From positions 127,286,001-127,350,000 of the forward strand of contig NC_090328.1 of the NCBI RefSeq assembly GCF_035084215.1: DNA of 64,000 bases, given 5' to 3'. The translations under genes and the position numbers were made by a program. The notes beneath the pieces were generated by a model, which saw only the letters and a program-made list of their open reading frames with translations, was not told the DNA's origin and made no database searches. Below, piece after piece: positions 51,902 to 62,597 of this stretch (position 1 is its first letter; every line of letters begins with the position of its first letter). This stretch comes from Heptranchias perlo. Lineage: Eukaryota.

Positions 51902-54900
51902 TTTTTTTTTTATTCGTTCACGGATTGTGGGCGTCGCTGGCGAGGCCAGCATTTATTGCCCATCCCTAATTGCCCTTGAGAAGGTGGTGGTGAGCCACCT
52001 TCTTGAACCGCTGCAGTCCGTGTGGTGACGGTTCTCCCACAGTGCTGTTAGGAAGGGATTTCCAGGATTTTGACCCAGCGACAATGAAGGAACGGCGATA
52101 TATTTCCAAGTCGGGATGGTGTGTGACTTGGAGGGGAACGTGCAGGTGGTGTTGTTCCCATGTACCTGCTGCTCTTGTCCTTCTAGGTGGTAGAGGTCGC
52201 GGGTTTGGGAGGTGCTGTCGAAGAAGCCTTGGCGAGTTGCTGCAGTGCATCCTGTGGATGGTGCACACTGCAGCCACTGTGCGCCGGTGGTGAAGGGAGT
52301 GAATGTTTAGGGTGGTGGATGGGGTGCCAATCAAGCGGGCTGCTTTCTCTTGGATGGTGTCGAGCTTCTTGAGTGTTGTTGGAGCTGCACTCATCCAGGC
52401 AAGTGGAGAGTATTCCATCACACTCCTGACTTGTGCCTTGTAGATGGTGGAAAGGCTTTGGGGAGTCAGGAGGTGAGTCAATCGCCGCAGAATACCCAGC
52501 CTCTGACCTGCTCTCATAGCCACAGTATTTATATGGCTGGTCCAGTTAAGTTTCTGGTCAATGGTGACCCCCAGGATGTTGATGGTGGGGGATTCGGCGA
52601 TGGTAATGCCGTTGAATGTCAAGGGGAGGTGGTTAGACTCTCTCTTGTTGGAGATGGTCATTGCCTGGCACTTATCTGGCGCGAATGTTACTTCCCACTC
52701 ATGAGCCCAAGCCTGGATGTTGTCCAGGTCTTGCTGCATGCGGGCTCGGACTGCTTCATTATTTGAGGGGTTGCGAATGGAACTGAACACTGTGTAGTCA
52801 TCAGCGAACATCCCCATTTCTGACCTTATGATGGAGGGAAGGTCATTGATGAAGCAGCTGAAGATGGTTGGGCCTAGGACACTGCCCTGAGAAACTCCTG
52901 CAGCAATGTCCTGGGGCTGAGATGATTGGCCTCCAACAACCACTACCATCTTCCTTTGTGACAGGTATGACTCCAGCCACTGGAGAGTTTTCCCCCTGAT
53001 TCCCATTGACTTCAATTTTACTCGGGCTCCTTGGTGCCACACTCGGTCAAATGCTGCCTTGATGTCAAGGGCAGTCACTCTCACCTCACCTCTGGAATAC
53101 AGCTCTTTTGTCCATGTTTGGACCAGGGCTGTAATGAGGTCTGGAGCCGAGTGGTCCTGGCGGAACCCAAACTGAGCATCGGTGAGCAGGTTATTGGTGA
53201 GTAAGTGCCGCTTGATAGCACTGTCGACGACACCTTCCATCACTTTGCTGATGATTGAGAGTAGACTGATGGGGCGGTAATTGGCCGGATTGGATTGGTC
53301 CTGCTTTTTGTGGACAGGACATACCTGGGCAATTTTCCACATTGTCGGGTAGATGCCAGTGTTGTCGCTGTACTGGAACAGCATGGCTAGAGGCACAGCT
53401 AGTTCTGGAGCACAAGTCTTCAGCACGACAGCCGGGATGTTGTCGAGGCCCATAGCCTTTGCTGTATCCAGTGCACTCAGCCGTTTCTTGATATCACGTG
53501 GAGTGAATCAAATTGGCTGAAGACTGGCTTCCGTGATGGTGGGGATATCGGGAGGAGGCCGAGATGGATCATCCACTCGACACTTCTGGCTGAAGATGGT
53601 TGCAAACACTTCAGCCTTGTCTTTTGCATTCACGTGCTGGACTCCGCCATCATTGAGGATGGGGATGTTTGCAGAGCCTCCTCCTCCCGTTAGTTGTTTA
53701 ATTGTCCACCACCATTCACGACTGGATGTGGCAGGACTGCAGAGCTTTGATCTGATCCGTTGGTTGTGGAATCGCTTAGCTCTGTCTATAGCATGTTGCT
53801 TCTGCTGTTTAGCATGCATGCAACCAGTTTTGAGCTGCTAGATCCATTCTGAATCTATCCCATTTAGCACGGTGGTAGTGCCACACAACACGTTGGATGG
53901 TGTCCTCAGTGCGAAGACGGGACTTCATCTCCACGAGGACTGTGCAGTGCTCACTCCTACCAATACTGTCATGGACAGATGTATTTGCGACAGGTAGATT
54001 GGTAAGGACGAGGTCAAGTAAGTTTTTCCCTCGTGTTAGTTCGCTCACCACCTGCCGCAGGCCCAGTCTGGCACTCTGCTACCGAGCCACTCTTGGTGAT
54101 GGACATTGAAGTCCCCACCCAGAGTACATTTTGTGCCCTTCAGTGCTTCCTCCAAGTGGTGCTCAACATGGAGGAGGACTGATTCATCAGCTGAGGGAGG
54201 ACGGTCGGTGGTAATCAGCAGGAGGTTTCCTTGCCCATGTTTGACCTGATGCCATGAGATTTCATGGGGTCCAGAGTCAATGTTGAAGACTCCCAGGGCC
54301 ACTCCCTCCTGACTGTATATCACTGTACCGCCACCTCTGGTGGGTCTGTCCTGCCGGTGGGACAGGACATACCCAGGGATGGTGATGGAAGAGTCTGGGA
54401 CGTTGGCTGAAAGGTATGATTCTGAGAGTATGACTAGTCTGTGGGACAGCTCTCCCAATTTTGGCACAAGTCCCCAGATGTTAGTAAGGAGGACCTTGCA
54501 GGGTCGACTGGGCTTGGTTTGCCGTTGTCGTGTCCGGTGCCCAGTGGTCCGATGCCGGGTGGTCCGTCCGGTTTTATTCTTATTATGACTTTTCGTAGCG
54601 AGATTTTACAACTGAGTGGCTTGCTAGGCCATTTCAGAGGGCAATTAAGAATCAACCACATTGCTGTGGGTCTGGAATCACATTTAGGCCAGACCGGGTA
54701 AGGACGGCAGGTTTCCTTCCCTAAAGGACATTAGTGAACCAGATGGGTTTTTACGACAATCCGGTAGTTTCATGGCCATCAGTATTTTAATTCCAGATTT
54801 TTATTTAATTAATTGAATTTAATTAATTAAATTTAAATTCGCCAGCTGCCGTGGCGGGATTTGAACTCATGACTCTGGATTTTAGTCCAGGCCGCTGGAT

Positions 54901-54937
54901 TACTAGTCCAGTAACATAACCACTATGCTACCGTCCC
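51902..54937 (-). mobile_element. Longest LINE family B copy: tRNA-derived head, SINE-like core, single APE-RT ORF (disrupted), stem-loop 3'UTR, poly(A)
   Basis: APE motifs VLLTNIWGL, ILSESYL, GGDFNVHH, LLDLVLTN, RSEH; 495-aa RT ORF 51966..53453 (NYRPISLLS, QFGFR, ALDIKAAFDRVWH, QGSVLGP, FADD); head at 54841-54937. The RT is clearly distinct from the CR1 copies; its clade (CR1/L2 supergroup, possibly Zenon-like) is inferred. Confidence 0.9.
54857..54930 (-). promoter_or_regulatory. Type-2 RNA polymerase III internal promoter in a tRNA-Thr(AGT)-like head
   Basis: A box TAGCATAGTGG (54930-54920), B box GAGTTCAAATCC (54868-54857), anticodon arm CTGGA-CTAGTAA-TCCAG. Confidence 0.75.
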
Positions 54938-55886
54938 CACAATCTACCAACCTTAAAATGTAAAAGGAATTCAAATTACCATGAGAAACACATTCTGGCC
55001 TAGTAATTGGATCACACTGTGCCTGGTTTACAGGCACAAAACGGGCACCTCAGTGGCCAATATGACAGGTGTTGGGTGGCACTCATTCTGCGCCAGAAGT
55101 ATGCTGCCTACCATATTGGTGAAGGATCCTCCTTAAAAGTCCAGGGCGTTACGACCTTTCCATATGCCGTGCCTGCTGAGGTCAGTTTCTTGAGGTGCTT
55201 AAAGTGACCGCTGCAGACTGCCACCAGAAAGGTCAGATGAATATTTTTACCTATCTTATTGTGGAGCTGGGAGGAGCAGAAGTGCTCCTCCCAGCTCCAC
55301 ATTAAATCCGTGGGCTGCTGCCAGCCAACGCTCACCTCCTCCCAATTGCCACACCCCCACACCCCCAACCTAGACTCTGCTTAAGATCCCAGTGCTTCCC
55401 TGGGCTACCGAGCTGCCCCTGGGCCGCGATTGGTGCCTGCAGCTTGAAGGTAATGAGCAAATGAGGCCGGCGGACCAAATTCTCACGGTCTTGCCTCCAA
55501 TCACTTTTGACCCGTGTGCTGCACTCTTATCGTGCCCCAATTCGGGCATGGTTCAATTTCTAGGTCTCTGTTTCAGCTTAATGCACTTTCTGAAGTTTAT
55601 AGAACACAAAAGAAAAGTTACAAAAGATCTGTAACCTATTTTCTCTCTCTGTCACACACATGGTCTCACTTGCTAAAAGCACTTTACCTGAATAAAATTT
55701 TTGAAATTTGTCCTCTTGCTTGCCTTCAAATAATTATGAAAAACAATTCAGCAGAAACTGATCGAAGTTAAAGAAAATGTTCCATCAGTGCAGATGATTT
55801 AATGGTACTGATCCTATTATTGCAACTATGTTGACCAATGAAAAAGGAAAAAGCATAAAAGAAAAGTATCTCAACAATTCAATTAC

Positions 55887-56054
55887 CTCAGCAATAAGGG
55901 CGTAGTTCGGAACCATCATTGCAATCGGTCTAAAAAGAGCCTTTAAGTTGTCTGGTAGTTCTGTTCTTCCAGCATAACCAGGGTTCATAGTGATGAATGC
56001 TGCGCAAGACATAACCAACTTGATTTCTCTACCTTCAAACATGAAACGGGAGAG
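55887..56054 (-). CDS. DNAH6: DNAH6 exon ([13 protein letters not shown]...[24 protein letters not shown]...YALIAE)
   Basis: 168 nt, CAG acceptor after a long pyrimidine tract, GTAATT donor; [15 protein letters not shown] motif. Confidence 0.95.
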
Positions 56055-56494
56055 CTGCAGAAAAAAAGAACAAAAAAAAAACTTATATAACACTTACTTT
56101 ACTTTCAATTTTCTCTTCTGATTGTTTTCCCTTATATCATCCTTTCTCGAAGGTGGCAACTTATGATTGGTTGTACAGGGTTCAGAAACCTCAATAGCAA
56201 TTGAGCAACCCTCATTCTACATCTCTGAAACTCGCCAAAAAAGGTTAGCAGGCTATTTAAACATGGACTGCATTGCAATCAGGCCCAATTATTTCCTCAG
56301 CCAACGTTCACACGTGGAACACTTACAGAGAATTACATAGAATTTACAGCACAGAAACAGGCCATTAGGCCCAACAAGTCTATGACGGTGTTTATGCTCC
56401 ACACAAGCCTCCTCCCACCCTACTTCATCTTACCCTATCAACATATCATTTCTAATAAGGATCAACAGACAGCAATCAAGAAAAAGGGGAAAAA

Positions 56495-56958
56495 AAACTT
56501 GCATTTATATCATGCTTTTCACATCCTCAGGATGTCCCCACAGCCCACTAAATACGTTTGAAATGTATTCACTGTTGTAATGTAGGGAAATGTAGGTTAC
56601 AATTTGGCTTGTACGTAAATGTGGCAGCCAATTTGCGCACAGTAAGGTCCCTCAAACAACACTCAAGTAAATGACCAGATAATCTGTTTTCATGGTGTTG
56701 GTTGAGGGATAAATGTTGGCCAAGACACAGAGGGAAATCACCTGCTTTTCTTCAAGTAGTGCCATGGGATCTTTTATATCAAACTGAGACCAAGGTTTAA
56801 CATCTCATCCAAAAGACGGCACCTCTGACAGTGCAGCTCTCCCTCAGTACTGCACTGAAGTGTCAGCCTAGTTCATGTGCTCAAGTCTCTGGGGTAGAAC
56901 TTGAACCCATGAACTTCTGACTCAAAGGTAAGAAACGCAACCACTGAGCCCAGGCCAA
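56495..56958 (-). mobile_element. Near full-length SacSINE1/DeuSINE-like tRNA SINE with L2-type tail
   Basis: GGCTCAGTGG A box, GGTTCAAGT B box, CAGTGCAGTACTGAGGGAGAGCTGCACTGTCAGAGGTGCCGTCTT core, TATAAATGCAAGTT tail similar to the L2 tail at 31858; family name from recall. Confidence 0.78.
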
Positions 56959-58224
56959 CACAACAGTGGAATCGGGCTATTATTTTCCCCTCATCTAATG
57001 TAGGGACACAGAGGCCAAATGTATCATCACAACTTCTACAGCAAAGACTGGCTAATTCAACACAGTCCACAGATCATGAGGGTAAAATTCAACTCTGGTA
57101 GGGACGCAAAACGGGTATAACGGGCGGCCGATCTGCTTTTGCTTGTTTTGTGATCCCACCCAAGTTGAATTTTACCCCCCATGTGTTTTTTTAAAATAAA
57201 ATTGTGTTTTTTTAAAAACATCTTTGGTTTCTCTCTCACAGCATGGACAATTCAGCTGCTACAAATGTAGGCAAGCAACCTGTTACCAGACGGTTGCCAA
57301 TGTTACACTTGCACAATCATGGAGGCAAATCTATATTCTACTATTAAGTTGTGATAAATATTATTATAGCAATGCATAACACTACCAAGCTGTGCAATTT
57401 GTAACTCACTACTATGGTATTTTAAGAGACTTACAGGGTGGGGAAAGTACAGGTTAACATAAACCTTACAGTTAATGATTGTAAAACTTTTTATAAATTT
57501 ATGACAAAAGTTTCAGTAAACAGGTAGATTGTGGGACAATACAGCATCCAGCTGCATTGTACAAAATCAAATCAAATAAAAATTCCAGAACTTCATTTCA
57601 ACAGGATAACAAACACTGATACATGTGAAAAAGTTTTGTTTGGCCAAATGTGGCTGATAATATGATTCCTTTATGATCAACCAGGAGAACTTTTTTTTTA
57701 GTGGAACAAATTTTTATATTCAGTATACATCTAAGTGAAGGCTCAGTGCTAGGAAATGTCCCATTTCGTCACTCCATGCACCCAGTTTCAACATGGCAAC
57801 CACCTACTTAGGAATGGATGCCAACTTTATATAGGTAATAAATACTCCAAAGAACATGTTTTTTCCTGTGTTAATATGAAAAAGGGAAGGTCATCTGAGA
57901 AAGATACCAGGCAGTGTTGAATGTTGGAGGTGTAAAGATTGATAGACATTCTGAAATTTAGCTTGGCAACCTTTCGGAGAAATTTGAAGAACTCAGATTA
58001 AATAGGGATGGCAGAGATCATGATTGGGTAAACTACATGGTAAGTGGACCTTGCTGGGCTATTTCTCATCTATGCTTTCTTATGTTCTTAAACATTCTCA
58101 GGTCAGGCAGCATGTAGCATTAATGCATAACAAAGCTCCCTATTCTTTGTCCAAGAAATATGCCTATGCCTCAAATCCAACCTGAGAAGGACTGTCATTA
58201 CTACTCTAATTGACATATTTGCCT

Positions 58225-58905
58225 CATAGAATCAGAAATTTCATCACTGAAGGAGACCATTCAGCGCACTGTGGCAGTGCCAGTGCTAGCTCCACATCAG
58301 TACTATTTACCTATCTACTCTAATGCTATTTTCCTATTCTTTCTCTTGAATCTTTACTATTTTTCCAGTTCAAGTGTTTATCTATTCCCTCTTAAATACT
58401 AGGATTGACTTGGCTTCAATAGCCACTTACATTAATTTGTTCCATATCCTAATAACCCTTTTCTTGAAAACATTTCTTCTAACTTCCCCCACTAAACTTT
58501 TAATACTAATCCTAAATTCATGCACATTTCTTAACAATTCATTCACTAGTGAAAATAAGCTTACACTACATATCTTCTCAAATCCTTTCAAAACATTACA
58601 TTTATTATATTTCCCCTTAACCTTCTTGGCTGTCGTGAATACAGTTCTAATTTTCCAGTATCTCTTCATAACTGTATCCTCGCATTCCTGTATCACCCAC
58701 TAAATCTACGTTGCGCCTTTCCCATGGCTCCGATATCTTTTTCTATAATGTGATGCCCAAAATTGAAAATAGTACTTCAACTGTGGCCTAACCAATATCT
58801 TCGTAGTGTTGTGCATCGCCTTCCTGGTTGTGTATTCAATGTGCCTCCATATAAAACCACGAAACCATGTGTAATTTTTATGGCTTTTTCTACCTTGAAG
58901 ATTCA
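58225..58905 (-). mobile_element. Old degraded CR1 3' fragment
   Basis: LVRPQLKYYFQFWASHYRK and RVIRIWNKL motifs. Confidence 0.7.
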
Positions 58906-59056
58906 TTGGGATTGTATGGCTAGTATACTGTAAGAAACAGTATTTTTCAGGCTGTTCAGATTGTTAAGAGCCTCAACAAAACTGTGTCCACGTAATTGTC
59001 AACCTTCAGCTAAAGACTGCTTAAATCTTGTCATAATAGTGCGTCATGAAACACCA

Positions 59057-60058
59057 GGGGCATAATTTTAGCATGGAGGGGAAAGGGAGTGGGGGGAGGG
59101 TAATTGGACGCGAAACCCAGAAGTTGAGTTGCCGTGTTAAGGTCAATAAATTTTACTTCTGGGCTTCACGCCCAGCAGCCAGCCTGATTAACAGGCAGGC
59201 TGACTGGTGGGAAGGCCAGGGATTGAAGAATAGGGAGGAAGGGATTGTGGGCCGTGGAGGCTGATGCCGGGAGGAGATCGGGGAGTGGGGGGGTGATGCT
59301 GGGAAGAGATCAGAGGAGATCGAAGAGGTTGCAGAGACTGGAGGTTGGTCGAAGAGGCTGCAGAGATCGGAGGTCGGAGGTCGGTTGAAGATCGGAAGAC
59401 GAGATTAGAGGTCGGTCGAAATGGTTGACGAGATCAGAGGTCGGTTGAAGAGGTTGAAGATCAGAGAAGAGATTGGAGGTCGGGTGAAGAGTCGGAGATA
59501 GGAGGGTCCACCATCGGTGGGGGGGCCACCATTTGGGGGAAGGGAGGTCCAGCATTGGGAGGAAGGGGTCCAGCATCGTGGGGGGGGGATCCGGCATCAG
59601 GGGAGGGAAATTGGCCAATCGCAGGGTCATGTCATGCCAGGTGAGGTTGTTGGGCCTGGAAGAAGCACTCCTGCTCCTCCTGGTCCATAAGCTGTGCAAG
59701 AAAGGCACTCACCTCATGGATCCAGCCCTTCCAACCTCCTTTCACTTGATGTGAATCGCAAGCGATGGGAAACCCGAACAGGTAAGGTTAAAGTTTGTTT
59801 TACTTTCGTAATACACAAATAATTAAGTACCTCAACTATTTCAATGAGGTACATTGCCCCTTTAAGTATTGGCCCGCCGGCTTTAAGTGGGGTCTGGACT
59901 TCCAGGTGTCTGTTGCACGTGCGCGCATCCATAAATGCGTCTGGGTCAAACCTGGAAGTGGATACGTTGGAGCCGGGATGTGCCCCCGTTCCAAAAATCC
60001 ACTATTTTTACTGCCCACGAACCCCACCCACCCGTTCTTGGGGATGGAAATTACCCCC
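59057..60058. mobile_element. GC-rich MITE-like element with degenerate GATCGGAGGTCGG repeats
   Basis: GGGGCATAATTT / AAATTACCCCC termini; internal GGAGGAGCA hairpin at 59651-59687. Confidence 0.5.
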
Positions 60059-60994
60059 CATGTCTTCATTATTATCTAATGTTTTCAGTGTGTCATGACA
60101 TGGGAAACTATTAGTTGCCAGTCTCTATTTTTGTTGAATGTGCAGGAGTTAACAGATTGATTGATGTGTGGGCCCAAAAAGGGAGGAGGGGGGCTCAAGG
60201 TCCTATAAGAACTGATGGGTGGTTGTAACATATATAAATCGAGACTTAAAGCATACTAGTTAGAATATTCTCGGTACGCCTGGACAGCTCAATATCTTAT
60301 CACAGGGTTGAGTTTGATCACCTCAGGACCCTTGTCAGTTGTATCCCAACATCTTATAATTGTGCTATTGTATTTTAACATCTTTTGCTACTTATCTTGT
60401 ACAGTAACTCTTAATAAAACCTTGTGCTTGTACCAAGACTTGCAGCCTTTTTGATTAAAGACTGAACCGTAAACAAAGAGTTTACATATACCTATTTAAA
60501 GTGTTCGAAAAATTCTCCTTTTTGTCTATCACCAATGCACTGTGTCCTGCTTTCATCACTTGACTCTGCTACAGTGAACATGAAAGCCAGTTTACAGAAT
60601 ATTCACACAAGAGTTGATGCAAGACATATATGAACCATTCAGTATCAGATGCATGTGATCTGACAGATTTTACATGCTATGTCCTGCACATTACAGAAGC
60701 AGACATTAAGTCATATATGACCTTTTAACATCTTTTACTTGCTGAAGACTATAGGAGTGAATTTCTGTGGGGTTCTCCCACTCATCCACCATAATTTCAG
60801 TGGAAGAGCTGCAGAAATCCTGGGAAAATGGTGTAAATACTGTACACGCTGCTTCTCCAAAGTTTTTGTGGCTCTTCTGCCAAAATGACGGCAGATGATC
60901 GGAAGAGCCCCCGTGGAAAATCACCCCTATATTATCAGGCAAAATTGTGATCTGCTAATTATCAAGCTTGACTAGTATCAGAATAATGTGCTAC

Positions 60995-61132
60995 CTTTGC
61001 TGCTTTCGCATTTCTGATGGTGATGAGCTGCTGAGCAATGACAGAAAGTACTTCAATATCAATCCGATTGAACTCATCAAAGCAGCACCAGGCTCCTGAC
61101 TGAGCCAAACCACTGAAGAAACGTCCCATCAT
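60995..61132 (-). CDS. DNAH6: DNAH6 exon with AAA1 Walker B ([31 protein letters not shown]...AAK)
   Basis: 138 nt, CAG acceptor, GTAGCA donor, CFDEFNR motif. Confidence 0.95.
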
Positions 61133-61376
61133 CTGCAGAACATAAACTTAGTTATTGTGCATTCACAATATAAACTTACTACATAGTATGAAGGCTGTTC
61201 ACCAAAAGAAAAATGACTTTGTGAATGAAAAGTTTATGTCTTGTTCCTTGTTAAATCTAATATAATTTCCATTGTTACATCCTCTTCTGAATGCATTATG
61301 ATGTATGCTTAAAAAATTGGGGTATTCTGTTTTCATAGTCAATGAAATTCCTGATCTTTGCTGATCATTAACTCAC

Positions 61377-61538
61377 CTTATAATCTAAGCCTTCAGAGCA
61401 ATTAAAGACCACACACTGGATGGCCAGAGCCTTAGCAAGATCTTTGGTAGTTTCTGTTTTACCAGTACCAGCAGGGCCAGCTGGAGCTCCTCCTAGATCT
61501 AGCTGTAGTGCTCCCATGAGGCAGAGGTAACAGCGGTC
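61377..61538 (-). CDS. DNAH6: DNAH6 exon with AAA1 Walker A ([36 protein letters not shown]...DYK)
   Basis: 162 nt, TTAG acceptor, GTGAGT donor, P-loop GPAGTGKT. Confidence 0.95.
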
Positions 61539-62240
61539 CTAAGATACCAAAGACAACTTAATCAGGTACATTTCTGAACATATTACATACATTGCACAAA
61601 AAGATTAATATAGAATTAATACGTTTTTCATTAACAAAATAGGTTGGATAGTCATCCTGGTGGGCAGCATGATTTCTTGCCAGCAGTACAGACAAACTAT
61701 TCTTGATTTGTAGTTTTGTATTTTTCCCTGCTGGCAGTAATTCTCTTATTCAAATATGCAAATAACTTTAGGTTATTATTCGCAGTCAACATTGGCAGAG
61801 TGGAGAAAATAGAAAGTCTGTCCAATCACTGCAGGCAATTTCAGACTTTAAATAAATAAATTGTTGGCCCACTGAATGAAATCTCAACACAGTACTGGAG
61901 TCTTGCCTTGCTATGCCGAGGACTTCAGACTTGCCTAATGGAAGAGGTTTTGCACATTTTTTAAATTATAGTTCAGGATAAGATAAATCTATCACAACTT
62001 CATATTAAGTGATGGAGCACACACTCAAGATTCAACATTATCTCCTTGCTACCAGTACCAAAGGGGGAGTTTGAAAGCGTAATGATGGTTCTACTTTTAC
62101 CACTGATACCAGCTTAATTTTCACACTGCGCCCACTACTGCCAGCAAAAATATCCAGCCATTTTACTATTAGTGCTCTTTCTATCATTTGCTCTCCATTT
62201 TAAATTTTGGGTAACTATCATCTTAGCTGAATATACTTAC

Positions 62241-62396
62241 AGTAAGTGGTGTAATGACCAGGCGAGGCGATGCTCCCAGATACTCATAGCCATATGTGTA
62301 ATTAGATAAGGCCATCATAGCCACACAGTTATCCGTGTCAAGATCCCAGTAATAGCGCAGCTGCCTCTGCCACTCAAAATTATTTACTGTATCCAC
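62241..62396 (-). CDS. DNAH6: DNAH6 exon (VDTVNNFEWQRQLRYYWD...YEYLGASPRLVITPLT)
   Basis: 156 nt, TAG acceptor, GTAAGT donor, phase 0/0; dynein YGYEYLG-RLVITPLT motif. Confidence 0.93.
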
Positions 62397-62597
62397 CTAC
62401 ACAAACGTTAAACACTGAATATTACTAACAGAAAAACTATCAACTTAAACAAATTCCTTTCACATTGTTAAATGGCTTGGTATCCCATTTTCAAGTGACA
62501 TTAAATGTAAAATCAAAATATAAGGGGGATTTTAACTGCCAGCTGGTATCTGGTGAGAAACCGCCAGTTTCAGTTAGATTCCCACCACCTGCGGCAG

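Larger units (their letters stand above)
20205..62396 (-). other. DNAH6: Multi-exon gene segment: dynein axonemal heavy chain 6 (12 internal coding exons, AAA1-AAA3); gene extends beyond both window edges
   Basis: Twelve GT-AG exons join in frame with matching phases (PLT|DRC, DYK|MMG, AAK|LSR, IAE|VIL, AG|SLK, FS|GIL, FE|VQD, SDS|IPY, LYM|DAS, EAK|IPT, VGK|SVV). Walker A motifs [16 protein letters not shown] and GTTGVGKS. Paralog assigned from recalled vertebrate DNAH6 sequence. Confidence 0.93.

Noticed and set aside
54841-54937. Possible functional tRNA-Thr gene
   Set aside because: The anticodon arm is duplicated, there is no convincing acceptor stem or downstream T-run terminator, and it is contiguous with retroelement sequence.
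51880-54950. Target-site duplication around the long family-B element
   Set aside because: Left flank (...GGTCTGTGC) and right flank (CACAATC...) do not match adjacent to the ends. No TSD can be claimed, which leaves the unity of head and body to be confirmed from other copies.
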